From an uncultured bacterium (GTDB lineage: Bacteria > Acidobacteriota > HRBIN11 > JAKEFK01), in assembly GCA_963777505.1 (NCBI GenBank), contig CAVZQN010000011.1:64001-128000 (forward strand): DNA of 64,000 bases, written 5' to 3'. This document shows positions 20,304 through 31,710 of this stretch, in pieces (position 1 is the first letter of the stretch; the number at the start of each line of letters is the position of its first letter). Position numbers and translations under genes: made by a program. The notes beneath the pieces were generated by a model that worked only from the letters and a program-made list of their open reading frames with translations, was not told the origin of the DNA and ran no database searches.

Positions 20304-21437
20304 GTGTTTGAAATAAAACTCAAGCCAATCAGCCGGATACCCGCCTTTTTCTGCAAGTGCTTTCGATTCTTCAAAATTTTTTCCTTGCTGAATTTGATTT
20401 TGAACAAAAACGTACATGGACTCCGTCTTATCATAAATCGCGCGCAGATCGGCAATCGGGACCGGTTTGGCGTGACCGCTCAGGACAATCGTATTTTCAG
20501 GCAGAGATTTAATAAACGGACCGAAAACATCAAAATATTCTTTTATGCTTTCACCGGGATACAAATATCTCGGTCCTCCTGGAAAGTAGTTATCTCCCAT
20601 ATGCAGGACATGTGAACTCGCGAAATACACTATCGAATCACCTTCTGAATGCGCCGGAAGTCCAATCACCCGAACTTCTTCACCATTAAAGTAGAGGGTG
20701 AGTTCATCATCAAATACCACGTCCGGCCATTGATTTTCAGGCATTCCAGGAATTGAAAAATCCGAAAAGTATTCAGACGGCTTTTGAATCGCAGGCCTTA
20801 CCTTTGCATGTGCGATGACGACGGCATCTTTGCGCATTCCTGCATTTCCACCGACATGATCCATATGTTCGTGTGTGTTGATAATGCGTCGGACAATTTT
20901 ATTTCCGGATTTAGCATTTAATGCAGATTGAATTTGAGAATTCAATTGTGGATAGCCGCTATCCACAAGTAAAACGCCATCCGTTCCGATCGAAGCTGCG
21001 AGATAACAGCCAGCTCCTTCAATGAGAAAAATATTTTCTGTGACAGGAGTTAGCGTAACTACGTGCGTTTCGTTTTTCTTTTGAATTTTTTGAAATGCCG
21101 GATCGTTTAGGTACTTTTTGAAGGCAGGATCATCAACTGCAATAAAAATCATTGGAGCTTCTATCCCTTCACTGTAGAGAGTCTCCAACGTCTGAAGTGA
21201 TTCTGGAAGTTGATCATTATAAGCATAGGCACGCGCAAGTCCATATTGATAAAAGGGACGGCTGACTTTGTCTGGTTGAAGTTCAACTGCGCGTTTCATG
21301 TGGCTTAAATATGCTTTGTAATCTTTTTTGCCGAGCGCCTCATTCGCTTTTCCCATTTCGGAGCGGTATGTATCTTCGGAAAAAGCGATTCCAACAATAA
21401 AAATCAGAAGTGTGAATGCCCGAAAAAAATGTTTCAT
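20265..21437 (-). CDS. Secreted TPR-like + MBL-fold metallo-hydrolase
   Basis: Signal peptide, TPR-like helices, THEHMDHVGGN (HxHxDH), AHSEGD, MGD, SGH. Confidence 0.85.
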   Translation of the reverse strand: MKHFFRAFTLLIFIVGIAFSEDTYRSEMGKANEALGKKDYKAYLSHMKRAVELQPDKVSRPFYQYGLARAYAYNDQLPESLQTLETLYSEGIEAPMIFIAVDDPAFKKYLNDPAFQKIQKKNETHVVTLTPVTENIFLIEGAGCYLAASIGTDGVLLVDSGYPQLNSQIQSALNAKSGNKIVRRIINTHEHMDHVGGNAGMRKDAVVIAHAKVRPAIQKPSEYFSDFSIPGMPENQWPDVVFDDELTLYFNGEEVRVIGLPAHSEGDSIVYFASSHVLHMGDNYFPGGPRYLYPGESIKEYFDVFGPFIKSLPENTIVLSGHAKPVPIADLRAIYDKTESMYVFVQNQIQQGKNFEESKALAEKGGYPADWLEFYFKHLTKDKPEETGKK

Positions 21438-21572
21438 AATTTCGTCCTTTGATTTTGTGATTGTTTATCTTGCGATGTTTCACTACGATTCACAACTGGT
21501 TTGGGGACGAGTGGGACTTTAACGGGAACTGGCCGCAATTAATTAGGATTAGCCCGGAATATGAGTGAAGAG

Positions 21573-21644
21573 AGGCGGCGGTCGGAATTGAACCGACGTA
21601 TAAAGGTTTTGCAGACCTCTGCCTTACCGCTTGGCTACGCCGCC
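21573..21644 (-). tRNA. tRNA-Cys (anticodon GCA)
   Basis: GGCGGCGTAGCCAAGCGGTAAGGC AGAGGTCTGCAAAACCTT ... GGTTCAATTCC GACCGCCGCCT. Confidence 0.95.
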
Positions 21645-21670
21645 ATATTTGTGTCTTTGAGGTGTGTAAA

Positions 21671-21745
<75 letters not shown>

Positions 21746-21828
21746 CCGAAAACGAAAGCCTGAATATAACAAAATCCCTATAGGGTGTCAAAGTTTGGCG
21801 AGAATACTTTGTGTCTTTGTGGTTGAGG

Positions 21829-22446
21829 CTAGGCGGGTTGGGTTTTCTTATGTTTTTTATAAAAGCGTCGCCATTTAGCGCGATTGCCGCAGGTTTTCAT
21901 GTCGCACCAGCGGCGTGTCCGATTTTTACTTCGATCTAGAAACATCCAGGTACAGGTTTGCGATCCACATTCCCTAACCAGTTTACGTTCTTCAGAGGTG
22001 AGTAGTTCCGCGGCCGAGTGTACGATCGGCCACATGAGCCGCTCAAGATTCTGATGATCATCTCTCCAGGCCCATTCCATAGCTTTTCCATTTTTGCGAA
22101 GTCTCAGATTCTGCATAATTCGGGCAAGTTGTTGATTCAATAGATCGAGGTCTTTGTTCAATGGAGACTTCGCATGAGCAATCGCTGCGAAAATGCGATG
22201 CATTAAAAGTCGAAATTCTCGCGCCATTGTAAGTGTTTTACCTGCCATAGCTGGATTGGCCGTAGCGCGCTCAGAAAGCACTGTTGCTTCCTTCTGTGTG
22301 ATTGCACCTGTCTGTGTTCCGAAAGCGATAAGGTCACTTAAGTTGTGCAGCTCTTCTTTTGGATCAACCGCACCATACTCATGAATCGTATTCAGAAAAT
22401 CCAGGCAAAGGGATCCACCAAGCAGCTCAAATTGCTGTTTCGACAT
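21829..22446 (-). CDS. ABATE/CGNR zinc-finger protein
   Basis: GGSLCLDFLNT, REC...C.WMFLDRSKNRTRRWCDMKTCGNRAK. Confidence 0.92.
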   Translation of the reverse strand: MSKQQFELLGGSLCLDFLNTIHEYGAVDPKEELHNLSDLIAFGTQTGAITQKEATVLSERATANPAMAGKTLTMAREFRLLMHRIFAAIAHAKSPLNKDLDLLNQQLARIMQNLRLRKNGKAMEWAWRDDHQNLERLMWPIVHSAAELLTSEERKLVRECGSQTCTWMFLDRSKNRTRRWCDMKTCGNRAKWRRFYKKHKKTQPA

Positions 22447-22544
22447 AGCTTCTAGTTTAGTCTGCTAACCTTCAAAATGCAATTGACTAGTTAGTTAAAA
22501 TTGAATAGTATCAAACCATCAAAAGACGATTATGGAGGTTTGCT

Positions 22545-23760
22545 ATGGTTATCGAGCGATTTGAAATTCGTGTTGCTGAAGTCTGTACTAAGCGATTTAC
22601 ACGAAAGGATTGCGCGCACAAGATGGCCCAAAACAGTGCGTGACTCAGGCTGGGATTACGGCACGGACATCAATGTATTGCGAAAGCTTGTCGATTATTG
22701 GCAGGAGAAGTTTGATTGGCGAGCGGAGGAGAGCAGGATTAATTCATTTCCGCAATACCGATTGAAAGTGGATGACCTTCACATCCATTTCGTTCATCTC
22801 CAAAGCAAAAATCCTCAGGCAGTTCCCCTGATCATCACTCATGGATGGCCTGGTTCATTTCTGGAACTATTAAAAATCGCACCGCTACTTCAAGATTCGT
22901 TCCATATTGTCATTCCTTCACTTCCAGGATACGGATTTTCTGATGCGTCAGATATTGCCGGAATGAATCCGAGACGAATCGCAAAACTCTGGGTGAAGCT
23001 GATGGAGGCTTTGGGATACAAAAAATTCATTTCACAGGGTGGAGATTGGGGAGCTACTGTATCCACATGGATCGGTCTGGATTCACCGGAATCCCTGAAC
23101 GGCATTCATTTGAACTACATTCCAGGTTCTTATAAGCCGAGTCTCACAGAAAAAGACAAATTGACTGATCAGGAAAAGAACTTCCTAAAGGATCAGGAAG
23201 AATGGATTCAAAAAGAAGGCGCTTACGGAGCAATTCAGGCGACTAAACCTCAAACGCTTTCGTACGCAATCCACGATTCTCCAGTTGGTCTTGCAGCATG
23301 GATTCTGGAAAAATCTCACGGGTGGAGTCATTCTGGGAAAAATGTTTTGGAACACTTTACTTATGAAGAGTTACTAAGCAACATCATGCTTTATTGGGTA
23401 ACTGAAACCTTTGGTTCATCGATCAGGCTTTATTACGAAGCGAGAAAGTCTCCTGTCCATTTGCAGCCCGGTCAACGTGTCAACGTTCCTTGCGCGATCG
23501 CGCGATTTGCAAAGGAAGAACCGATGCCGCCGCGCGAATGGGTAGAGCGTGGATATAATGTTCGTCGCTGGACTGAATTTCCGGTAGGGAGCCATTTTGC
23601 TGCATTGGAAGTTCCCGAATTGCTCGCAAATGACATAATAGAATCGGCGGATGAATTTTTAACCCCCGGCGTGAGCCGGGGGAACAGTATGTATATGAGA
23701 ATCCAGCCCGCCAAAGGCGGGCGTAAGAGTGTTCAGAGTAATGGTCTTACGCCCGCTTGA
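22545..23760 (+). CDS. Epoxide hydrolase (EHN + alpha/beta hydrolase); frameshift near 22580
   Basis: RBS GGAGG then MVIERFEIRVAE, shifting into SVLSDLHERIARTRWP. HGWPGSF, QGGDWG, SHFAALE. The 3' end reads into a palindromic repeat; the real stop may be at about 23662. Confidence 0.88.
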
Positions 23761-23812
23761 AGCGGGCTGGTTCGTTCTCAATTCTTTTACCCCCGGCTTG
23801 CGCCGGGGGCTA
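23660..23812. repeat. ~155-bp nested palindromic element, copy 2
   Basis: Same four-hairpin layout and shared gcgggcgtaagagtgttca / gaagcgggctggttc segments as 8510..8667. Confidence 0.85.
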
Positions 23813-23834
23813 GTTCATCTAAGGAGCGAATAAT

Positions 23835-24221
23835 ATGAAAGATCTCGCAATCTTATTGGAGAATCGCCCGGGTGCTTTAGCAGAAATGGGTGAAGCGCTT
23901 GGTAAAGCTGGCGTTAGCATCGAAGGCGGCGGGGGATTTGTATTTGAAGGCAAAGGTATCGTGCACTTCTTAGTTGAAAATGGATCAGAAGCGCGCCGTG
24001 CTTTGAATGAAGCGGGAATTAAAGTGTTGGACGAACGTGAAGTTTTAGTACAACGTTTGAAGCAAGATCAACCGGGTCAACTCGGTAAAATTTCACGCAG
24101 AATGGCGGAAGCCGGAGTCAACATTGAAGTGATTTATAGTGATCATCAAAATCAACTGATTCTTGTTGTTGATGATTTTGAGAAAGGGAAGCGAGTTTCA
24201 GAAGCCTGGAAGAGTGAATGA
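23835..24221 (+). CDS. Tandem ACT-domain protein
   Basis: LENRPGALAEMGEALGKAGVSIE and DQPGQLGKISRRMAEAGVNIEVIYS. Confidence 0.88.
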   Translation: MKDLAILLENRPGALAEMGEALGKAGVSIEGGGGFVFEGKGIVHFLVENGSEARRALNEAGIKVLDEREVLVQRLKQDQPGQLGKISRRMAEAGVNIEVIYSDHQNQLILVVDDFEKGKRVSEAWKSE

Positions 24222-24689
24222 TTATTTCTTAACTCCAACTGCCGCATCATAAACAAGATAACCACCTAGATAACCTTGAAGTCCAAGAACGATTCCGCCA
24301 ATCAAAAAGAGGACCAGGAATAAAGGAATCACTTTTCCACCAGGCCGTTTATATGCGATGAATCCCCATAAACTCAGAATCGTGAAAATGCCTGCAACAC
24401 CCCATCCGAGCTTTTCGTGCAATTCAACAAATTCGTGGACAGGTCCACTATGTTGTACGGCATGTTCCGCTAAAATACCGGAATAAAGCGCTCCGTACGA
24501 AAGAAGCGTTCCTGTAATTAGATTGGAAAGTGCTGCAAGCTCAGCACCTTTACTTTTTTTTGCCGCAGCAAAAAGGTAAAACACAAGAGAAATGAACAAA
24601 AGTCCAATTGGAAAATGTACTAATAGCGGATGAAGTTTATGGATCTCAAAATGAAGCGGTAGTTTTGAAAGGGTTTCCAGATATTCCAT
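24222..24689 (-). CDS. DUF2231 family membrane protein
   Basis: LHPLLVHFPIGLL, HE..G, GYLGGYLVY, four TMs. Confidence 0.85.
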   Translation of the reverse strand: MEYLETLSKLPLHFEIHKLHPLLVHFPIGLLFISLVFYLFAAAKKSKGAELAALSNLITGTLLSYGALYSGILAEHAVQHSGPVHEFVELHEKLGWGVAGIFTILSLWGFIAYKRPGGKVIPLFLVLFLIGGIVLGLQGYLGGYLVYDAAVGVKK

Positions 24690-24696
24690 AGCATCC

Positions 24697-25086
24697 TCAA
24701 GGCTTCTTCATAATCGAATCGGTAATCATTGCAAAAACTTTTTGTTGTTCAGGTTCATTCTTATCCATGACTGCAAGACATTCAGAGAGTTGGAATTTTT
24801 CGTGTAGGATTTCAGCACTTTGGAAGCTTGCAATAATGATTCTTTTGCGGTCTATGCCTTTTTGCCGGGCAAAATGAAGAAATTTTTTCCCATCAATCAT
24901 CGGCATTTCTAAGTCGACGATTAACAAATCGAGGTCAGGCACCAAACCGGTCAATCCTTTTAATGGATCGGTATACGTTTCAACTTTAACTTTATCCCCG
25001 TACCGCTCTTTGAAGAATTGAGCCATTTTGTTGCAAAACAGCGCATTGTCGTCCACAACGACGATTAGTTTCTGTGGCCGAGCCAT
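24697..25086 (-). CDS. Stand-alone receiver-domain protein
   Basis: VVVDDN, LLIVDLEMPMIDG. Confidence 0.85.
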   Translation of the reverse strand: MARPQKLIVVVDDNALFCNKMAQFFKERYGDKVKVETYTDPLKGLTGLVPDLDLLIVDLEMPMIDGKKFLHFARQKGIDRKRIIIASFQSAEILHEKFQLSECLAVMDKNEPEQQKVFAMITDSIMKKP

Positions 25087-25165
25087 AGTCGTTTATTCTA
25101 TCACGCGGTTTCTTGCTTCACTGCTAAGCATTCGATTACAATGACGGTGAGGTATCTGACCAAAT

Positions 25166-26728
25166 TTGAACGCTCAGCAGAAGTGGGGGGCTGCTGGCCC
25201 TTCGGGTTCAACTTCGGCTAGCGCGGCGTTGATGGATCTGCAGGGATGCATAGCCCGCCTTAGCAGACAAATATTAAATCCAGTTGATTTGTATCAAGCC
25301 GTCTGCGAAGAAGCCCTTAAAATTTTTGGCGCTGAATCTGCAGTTGTACTTTCTTGTTCTGCAGAATCGCGAACCGGCTTTTCTGTAAAGGCACAATCCG
25401 GAGGTGGATTGCCTGGTCCGCTTCCATCCAATCAAACGATGCTTGCTTCGGCATTCCGTGAACTTGAAAGTGGAATATCGAATGTTCGAATGGAAGAGGG
25501 GACCGATCCTGCGGTTTTAATTCCACTTCCTCAGCGTGGATCACCTCATGCGCTGCTTGTATTGCGCGGGCGATCGCCACAATTTGCAACAGATCCTGGC
25601 AGGCTTCAGATTGCAAAAATCTTTGGCGATCTGGTTTCGATTGCTCTTGAAAATGCCGACATGTTTGAACGTGTCTCAAGTAGTCAGCGCGAATGGGAGA
25701 ATACGTTCGATTCGATCGCTGATCCAATTTACATTGTTGATAATGAATATCGCTTGAAAAAGATGAACAAGAGTCTTGCAAGCTATGCGATGCAAAGTAT
25801 CAAACTACCGGAAGGGCAATTCTGTTATCAGCACATTTATCATCGTAATACGATTTGTCCGTGGTGCCCTGTCCCGAAAATGATGCAAACAGGTCTAGCT
25901 GTTACAGTCGAAGCTCCAGTATTTGCGGATGGATTGTGGCAAATTCAAGCATTTCCATTTACAGACAAATCTGGGATCCGTGTCGGGTCAATCAATGTTT
26001 TGCGCGATATGACTCTGTTGAAGCGGATGCAGGAACAATTAATTGAAAGTGAAAAGATGGCTTCAACCGGTAAATTAATTTCAGGTGTTGCTCATGAAGT
26101 CAGGAATCCACTATTCGGAATATCAACAACTGCACGTGCACTTGCAAATGAACTGCAAAACAAAGAAGAGATCAAACCATTTCTAGACATTATTACTAAT
26201 GAGACGGGCAGGTTGAACCGTTTGATGGAAGATTTGCTAAACTATGCACGGCCTGTCAAGATCGATAAGAATGCATCGGATATTGTTCAAGTTGTTCAAG
26301 AAGTGATTGATCACTACAAGAAAACGCCGCAGTACAAAGATGTTGCTATTACACTATATTGTAATGAAATTATCCCGCCAATTTATTTGGATCGAAACAA
26401 GATCAATCAAGTGTTGGTGAATCTGTTTGAGAATGGAATCCAGCATGCGCGCGGCCCAGCAAAGATAGATGTATTTCTGCAATATATGTCGTTGTCAGAT
26501 CCGCATGAGATTCATGTTGTTGTTAAAGACAATGGAATTGGAATCAGTGGGGAATCGTTGCAGCGCATTTTTGATCCATTTTTTACAACCAGACAAAGGG
26601 GTACAGGATTAGGCCTTTCAATCGTCCGAAAAGTGATTCATGATCATGGAGGACGTATTTCAGTGGAATCGCATCAGGGGATAGGCACGACGTTTCGAAT
26701 CAGTCTGCCTGTGGTGGGGGCACCATGA
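25166..26728 (+). CDS. Cytoplasmic GAF-PAS histidine kinase
   Basis: EWENTFDSI, Cys-rich PAS (CY...CPWCP), AHEVRNPL, DNGIG, FDPFFTT, GTGLGL. Start uncertain. Confidence 0.92.
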   Translation: MNAQQKWGAAGPSGSTSASAALMDLQGCIARLSRQILNPVDLYQAVCEEALKIFGAESAVVLSCSAESRTGFSVKAQSGGGLPGPLPSNQTMLASAFRELESGISNVRMEEGTDPAVLIPLPQRGSPHALLVLRGRSPQFATDPGRLQIAKIFGDLVSIALENADMFERVSSSQREWENTFDSIADPIYIVDNEYRLKKMNKSLASYAMQSIKLPEGQFCYQHIYHRNTICPWCPVPKMMQTGLAVTVEAPVFADGLWQIQAFPFTDKSGIRVGSINVLRDMTLLKRMQEQLIESEKMASTGKLISGVAHEVRNPLFGISTTARALANELQNKEEIKPFLDIITNETGRLNRLMEDLLNYARPVKIDKNASDIVQVVQEVIDHYKKTPQYKDVAITLYCNEIIPPIYLDRNKINQVLVNLFENGIQHARGPAKIDVFLQYMSLSDPHEIHVVVKDNGIGISGESLQRIFDPFFTTRQRGTGLGLSIVRKVIHDHGGRISVESHQGIGTTFRISLPVVGAP

Positions 26729-28080
26729 AAGAACAAGTTTTAGTAATTGATGATGAAGAATCAATCCGTTTTGGCCTGACCCGGCTCTTACAGCAAGGTG
26801 GTTACTCTTGCATAACAGCAGGGACGGCAGGGGAAGGCTTTCAGCTTTTTACAACACACAATCCTGCAGTCGTTTTGCTTGATTTGCGCCTTCCTGACAT
26901 GGAAGGGCTTGAGTTCATGAAGAAACTAAAAGAAACGGATAAGTACGTTTCCATCATCATCATGACGGCATATGGAACGATTGAAACAGCGGTTAACGCT
27001 TTAAAATTGGGCGCTGAAAACTTTTTAACAAAGCCGATCGATCCTGATGGTCTTCTTGTATTGCTGCGAAAGACACTTGAAATTAATGAAATTAAAAGAC
27101 GCAGTGATTATTTACAAGTCCAGGAAGAGGCGAAAGCTGCCGATTATTATGTGGGGAAGAGCGAAAAACTGAGAAAGATTCATGAAGTGATTCAGCTCCT
27201 TTCTCAGAATGATACGACTATTTTGATTCTGGGTGAAACCGGAACAGGGAAAGGTCTTTACGCACGATTAATTCACACTCTGAGCAATCGTTCCAGCCAC
27301 AACTTTGTTGAAATTAATTGCGCTGGATTTTCGAAAGAGTTACTTGAATCTGAATTGTTTGGTTATGACAAAGGTGCATTTACAGGAGCTGTCGCAAATA
27401 AGACCGGATTGTTTGAATTGGCCAATGGCGGCACTTTATTCTTAGATGAAATTGGCGAAATGCAAATTGACGTTCAGGCCAAGTTGTTAAAGGTCATTGA
27501 AGACAAACGATTTCGAAGACTGGGCGGCATTCAAGAAAAAGTCGTAGATGTTCGTGTGATTGCAGCATCAAATCGAAATCTTGCAAAAGAAGTAAAGATG
27601 AAGAGCTTCCGTGAGGATTTGTTTTACAGATTGAATGTCATGCCAATCATGATTCCATCATTGCGTGAACTTCGCGAAGATATTCTTCCGTTGTCTGAGC
27701 ATATTCTTCAGATGATCAGCCATAAGGTAGCCAAGAAAATTCTTGGTTTTTCTTCAGCTGCGCAACAAGCAATGTCGAATTACGCATGGCCTGGAAATGT
27801 TCGTGAAATGATCAACCTTGTTGAACGGAGCATGATTCTGTGTCAGGGACCTTACATTGAAGCGAGTGATTTAGGTTTGCCTACCGCATCAAAATCTGCA
27901 ATGCGTCTCACAGAAGAAGATACAGGACTTTCTTCTTTGGAAGAGCTGGAGAAGGAACACATTCGAAAAGTAATTTCAGCCAGCGGTAAAAATCTGAGCA
28001 CCGCTGCCAGGATCCTTGGAATTACACGCTCCACACTCTACAGCAAAATCAAAAAGTACGAACTCGAAGCCGCCGAGTAG
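26725..28080 (+). CDS. Sigma-54-dependent response regulator (NtrC/AtoC family)
   Basis: REC domain, [27 protein letters not shown], Fis-type HTH. 4-bp overlap with the kinase gene. Confidence 0.95.
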   Translation: MKEQVLVIDDEESIRFGLTRLLQQGGYSCITAGTAGEGFQLFTTHNPAVVLLDLRLPDMEGLEFMKKLKETDKYVSIIIMTAYGTIETAVNALKLGAENFLTKPIDPDGLLVLLRKTLEINEIKRRSDYLQVQEEAKAADYYVGKSEKLRKIHEVIQLLSQNDTTILILGETGTGKGLYARLIHTLSNRSSHNFVEINCAGFSKELLESELFGYDKGAFTGAVANKTGLFELANGGTLFLDEIGEMQIDVQAKLLKVIEDKRFRRLGGIQEKVVDVRVIAASNRNLAKEVKMKSFREDLFYRLNVMPIMIPSLRELREDILPLSEHILQMISHKVAKKILGFSSAAQQAMSNYAWPGNVREMINLVERSMILCQGPYIEASDLGLPTASKSAMRLTEEDTGLSSLEELEKEHIRKVISASGKNLSTAARILGITRSTLYSKIKKYELEAAE

Positions 28081-28576
28081 TTGATCGCTACACGTACAGC
28101 GAAGCGTTAAATTTTGCAGGTTCTGCGTCTGGCAGCATAATAATTACAAGTTGGGCGGCTGGATCTGAGACCCAAATAAGAATTGGACAATGCGTAAATA
28201 TTTCACCCCAGCTTCAGTCCGGACATTGAAGAATTTGCAATATTCGAATACTGTGTTAGTTGCTGAGGATTTGTAGGCGTTACGTTTACAGCCAATGTGA
28301 TCCAATTGAACGTGATTCAAACGCATGGCTGATTTCGATTCACTACCCTGTTGAGCCCACCGTCCATGGTGACTGCTGGTAACGCAGTGATTGTCAGTTG
28401 TGCAGACATCGTACGCATTCACCAACACATAACCGAAATTAGAAGTTAGATTTAGCGGTCGCCCGACTAGTCATTCCGAGTAATGGGCACGTTCGCAGGC
28501 ACTGTTCAGCGGTGATACTCAACGTTGCAGATAGTCTTTCGAGTTGATTTCGGTTAATTGATATCAAGGAGTAATT

Positions 28577-28951
28577 GTGAAAACTCAACCACCGAAAACC
28601 ATCGATGAATATATCGCGGGCTTTCCATCTGATGTTCAAAAGATTCTACAAAAGATTCGGTTGACGATTAGAAAAGCTGCTCCGGGTGCCGAAGAAGCAA
28701 TCAAGTATCAAATTCCTACCTTCGTCTTAAAAGGAAATTTGATTAGTTTCGCTGGGTACAAAAATCATATTGGGATATATCCTGCACCTGCCGGAACACA
28801 AAAATTCAACAAAGAGCTGTCTGTGTATAGAACCTCAAAGGCAACTGTAAGATTCCCACTGGATAAGCCAATTCCATACGACTTGATAATGCAGATTGTA
28901 AAATTTAGATTGGAGAAGATAAACGCGGATGCAAAATCGAAGAAAAAGTAA
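28577..28951 (+). CDS. DUF1801 (YdhG-like) protein
   Basis: TIDEYIAGF, AEEAIKYQIPTF, HIGIYP, VRFPLDKPIPYDLI. Confidence 0.9.
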   Translation: MKTQPPKTIDEYIAGFPSDVQKILQKIRLTIRKAAPGAEEAIKYQIPTFVLKGNLISFAGYKNHIGIYPAPAGTQKFNKELSVYRTSKATVRFPLDKPIPYDLIMQIVKFRLEKINADAKSKKK

Positions 28952-28960
28952 TTGGAAAGG

Positions 28961-29875
28961 ATGATGAAAAGACTTGAAGGCAAGATCGCACTAGTTGCAG
29001 GCGCAACGCGAGGTGCGGGTCGCGGGATTGCGATCGAATTAGGCGCTGCTGGCGCGACGGTGTACGTTACTGGCCGTACAACGCGAACACAACGTTCTGA
29101 GTTGAACCGTCCTGAAACGATTGAAGAAACCGCCGAGCTTGTGCAGCAAGCTGGCGGCAAGGCAATCGCTGTCCAGGTCGATCATCTGGATCCAGTGCAG
29201 GTTGAAAAATTGATTGCTAGAATCCAGCGCGAACAAAATCGTCTTGATATTTTAGTAAACGATGTTTGGGGTGCGGATTTCCTGATCCAATGGAATGTCC
29301 CGGTATGGGAACATTCACTCGAAAAAGGTTTACGGATGTTGCGGCTTGCGATTGACACTCACATCATCACGAGTCATTTCGCGTTACCTTTGATGATCAA
29401 GAATCCAGGTGGACTTGTGATTGAGATGACCGATGGTACGGCTGAATACAACAATGAAAAGTACCGATTGTCGCTGTTTTATGATCTTGCAAAGACTTCG
29501 GTCGTTCGCATGGCATGGTCACTAGCGCATGAACTTCGTCCGCATCAGTGCACTGCAATTGCGCTCACTCCGGGATGGTTGCGTTCCGAACAAATGTTGG
29601 ATAACTACGGTGTGAGCGAATCGAACTGGCGCGATGCAATTGCAAAGCAACCGCACTTTGTTATTACTGAAACACCGCATTATGTAGGCAGAGCCGTTGC
29701 GCATCTTGCCGCAGATCCGGAAGTGATACGATGGAGCGGTCAATCTCTTTCGAGCGGACAGCTCGCAAAAGTGTACGGCTTCAAGGATCTTGATGGTTCA
29801 CAACCAGATGCCTGGCGCTACGTTCGTGAAGTTCAGGATCCAGGCAAACCGGCCGATGCAACAGGATACAGGTAA
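28961..29875 (+). CDS. SDR family oxidoreductase
   Basis: AGATRGAGRGIA, VNDVWG, YDLAK. Confidence 0.9.
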   Translation: MMKRLEGKIALVAGATRGAGRGIAIELGAAGATVYVTGRTTRTQRSELNRPETIEETAELVQQAGGKAIAVQVDHLDPVQVEKLIARIQREQNRLDILVNDVWGADFLIQWNVPVWEHSLEKGLRMLRLAIDTHIITSHFALPLMIKNPGGLVIEMTDGTAEYNNEKYRLSLFYDLAKTSVVRMAWSLAHELRPHQCTAIALTPGWLRSEQMLDNYGVSESNWRDAIAKQPHFVITETPHYVGRAVAHLAADPEVIRWSGQSLSSGQLAKVYGFKDLDGSQPDAWRYVREVQDPGKPADATGYR

Positions 29876-29879
29876 TCAA

Positions 29880-30233
29880 ATGATGAGCGAAAACAAAAGA
29901 ACGATTGAAAAATACATCGATGGCTTCAGGAAATCCGATCATGAACAAATCCTATCTTGCTTAACCGATGATGTTGAGTGGGAAATACCAGGCATGTTTC
30001 TTCTTGCTGGTAAGGATTCATTCGATAAAGAAATAGAAAATGATGCATTTGAAGGTAAGCCTAATCTAACGATTACCCGAATGATCGAAGAAAATGATGT
30101 TGTTGTTGCCGAAGGATCTGTTCAATCAAAGAAAAGAGGTGGAGATATTTTCAAGGCCGTATTCTGTGATGTTTTTGTCATGCGCAATGGAAAAATAAAA
30201 CGACTAACTTCATACTTGAACGAAGTGAAATAA
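29880..30233 (+). CDS. SnoaL/NTF2-like protein
   Basis: CLTDDVEWEIPG, VVVAEG, FCDVFVMRNGKIKRLTSY. Confidence 0.85.
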   Translation: MMSENKRTIEKYIDGFRKSDHEQILSCLTDDVEWEIPGMFLLAGKDSFDKEIENDAFEGKPNLTITRMIEENDVVVAEGSVQSKKRGGDIFKAVFCDVFVMRNGKIKRLTSYLNEVK

Positions 30234-30244
30234 GCTGCGTTAGC

Positions 30245-31045
30245 ATGATTATCGCTTTAGCTTCACCACGTATTGCTTCATCAATTGATGATGGATTAGA
30301 CAAAATCAAGCAACTCCTATCCAAATCATCCGATCAAGCTGCAGATATTGTTTGTTTTCCTGAGGCTTATCTACCTGGTTTGCGCGGGCAGGATTTTGAA
30401 GTGCCACCCTATGATCGAAAGAACCAGGAAATGGTTGAACATACTGTGGCAGAGTGGTCACGAATGTATAAAGTGGCAACCATCCTGGGAATGGAAAGAG
30501 TTACGGAAAGCGGCAGGCAAATCGTTGCCTTAGTGATCGACTCCGATGGGCAAATTCAGGGATATCAAACAAAAAATCAATTAGATCCAACGGAAGATCA
30601 ATTCTATGTGCCGGGAAATTCGCGTCAGCTTTTTGAAATCAAGGGAATGAAGTTTGGAATAGCGATTTGTCATGAAGGCTGGCGCTATCCCGAAACAGTG
30701 CGATGGGCTGCGACACGCGGTGCCAAAATCGTTTTTCATCCGCAACTCACCGGAAGCGATCGAGAAGGTGTTCACTTAACACAATGGGGCTCCTCCAGTG
30801 CTCCTTACTATGAGAAGGCGATGATGATGCGCAGCATTGAAAATACAATTTATTTTGCGAGTGTTAACTATGCTTTGCGCTTTCAAGAGTCGGCAACAAG
30901 CATCATCACGCCGTCAGGCCAGTGCATGGCTTACTTACCCTATGGGCAAGAAGGGGTTTTGGTGCAGGACATCAACGTCGAAGAAGCAACTGGATTGTTA
31001 GCTAATCGATATGCGCCAGAACGTCATCAGGCAAAAGAAGGCTAA
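30245..31045 (+). CDS. Carbon-nitrogen hydrolase (nitrilase superfamily)
   Basis: E-K-C triad: FPEAY, TKNQL, ICHEG. Confidence 0.9.
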   Translation: MIIALASPRIASSIDDGLDKIKQLLSKSSDQAADIVCFPEAYLPGLRGQDFEVPPYDRKNQEMVEHTVAEWSRMYKVATILGMERVTESGRQIVALVIDSDGQIQGYQTKNQLDPTEDQFYVPGNSRQLFEIKGMKFGIAICHEGWRYPETVRWAATRGAKIVFHPQLTGSDREGVHLTQWGSSSAPYYEKAMMMRSIENTIYFASVNYALRFQESATSIITPSGQCMAYLPYGQEGVLVQDINVEEATGLLANRYAPERHQAKEG

Positions 31046-31170
31046 TGCAAGCAAATAACGTGGCTTGATCGTTATTTTTGCAGCTCAACAAAAGGCAGGG
31101 GAGAAAGGGTGAAAGGGAGCAGGGGGAGATCCAAAGGGCTAGCCGCCTAAACTTTGTACAATAAAAGCGC

Positions 31171-31297
31171 TGTCTGAAACTCAGACAACATCTCGTAAAT
31201 TCAATATTATCAGTAACTTACATTTATGGGCTGTATGGTTAATATACAGCCGTCCAAAATAGGCCTCGACGAGAGGCTATGTGGCATACCCTTTGCT
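31171..31297 (+). promoter_or_regulatory. Sigma-54 promoter (31282-31297) with upstream TGT-N11-ACA sites (31171-31187, 31232-31248)
   Basis: TGGCATACCCTTTGCT (GG-N10-GC). Perfect inverted repeat TGTCTGA-aac-TCAGACA and TGTATggttaatATACA. Confidence 0.8.
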
Positions 31298-31320
31298 TCT
31301 TAATGGGTGGGGACAACGAA

Positions 31321-31710
31321 ATGACTGGAAAAAAACAGATCTTAATTTTAGACGACGAACCGAGTATCACGTTCAGTTTGTCGCGATGCTTACAATCGGA
31401 TTCAGTACATGTCATCAGTTGTAATGATTCACAATCAGCACGCAGCGTAATTGCAGGGGACGGAATTGATGCGATCATTGCTGACATTCGACTGTCTGCT
31501 GTGAATTCCAGAGAATCCCTTGATTTTATTCAGTTCGTAAGATCTCGCAGTAATGAAATGCCTCTAATCATGATGTCGGGCAACGAGGATTTGATGAACG
31601 AGGCAATGCAGGAAGGAGCTAATTACTTCTTCCACAAGCCCGTTGATGTTGACGAGTTGATCCACCTCCTTCAGGGGTTGGGGTTAGAAGTGGGTCAGAA
31701 GCATGTCTGA
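31321..31710 (+). CDS. Stand-alone receiver-domain protein
   Basis: ILILDDE, IIADIRL, MMSG, FHKPVD. Confidence 0.88.
   Translation: MTGKKQILILDDEPSITFSLSRCLQSDSVHVISCNDSQSARSVIAGDGIDAIIADIRLSAVNSRESLDFIQFVRSRSNEMPLIMMSGNEDLMNEAMQEGANYFFHKPVDVDELIHLLQGLGLEVGQKHV

Noticed and set aside
28144-28540. 94-aa minus-strand ORF or gene remnant between the NtrC gene and DUF1801
   Set aside because: No credible start or RBS and no recognisable motif. It may be a fragment but cannot be supported.
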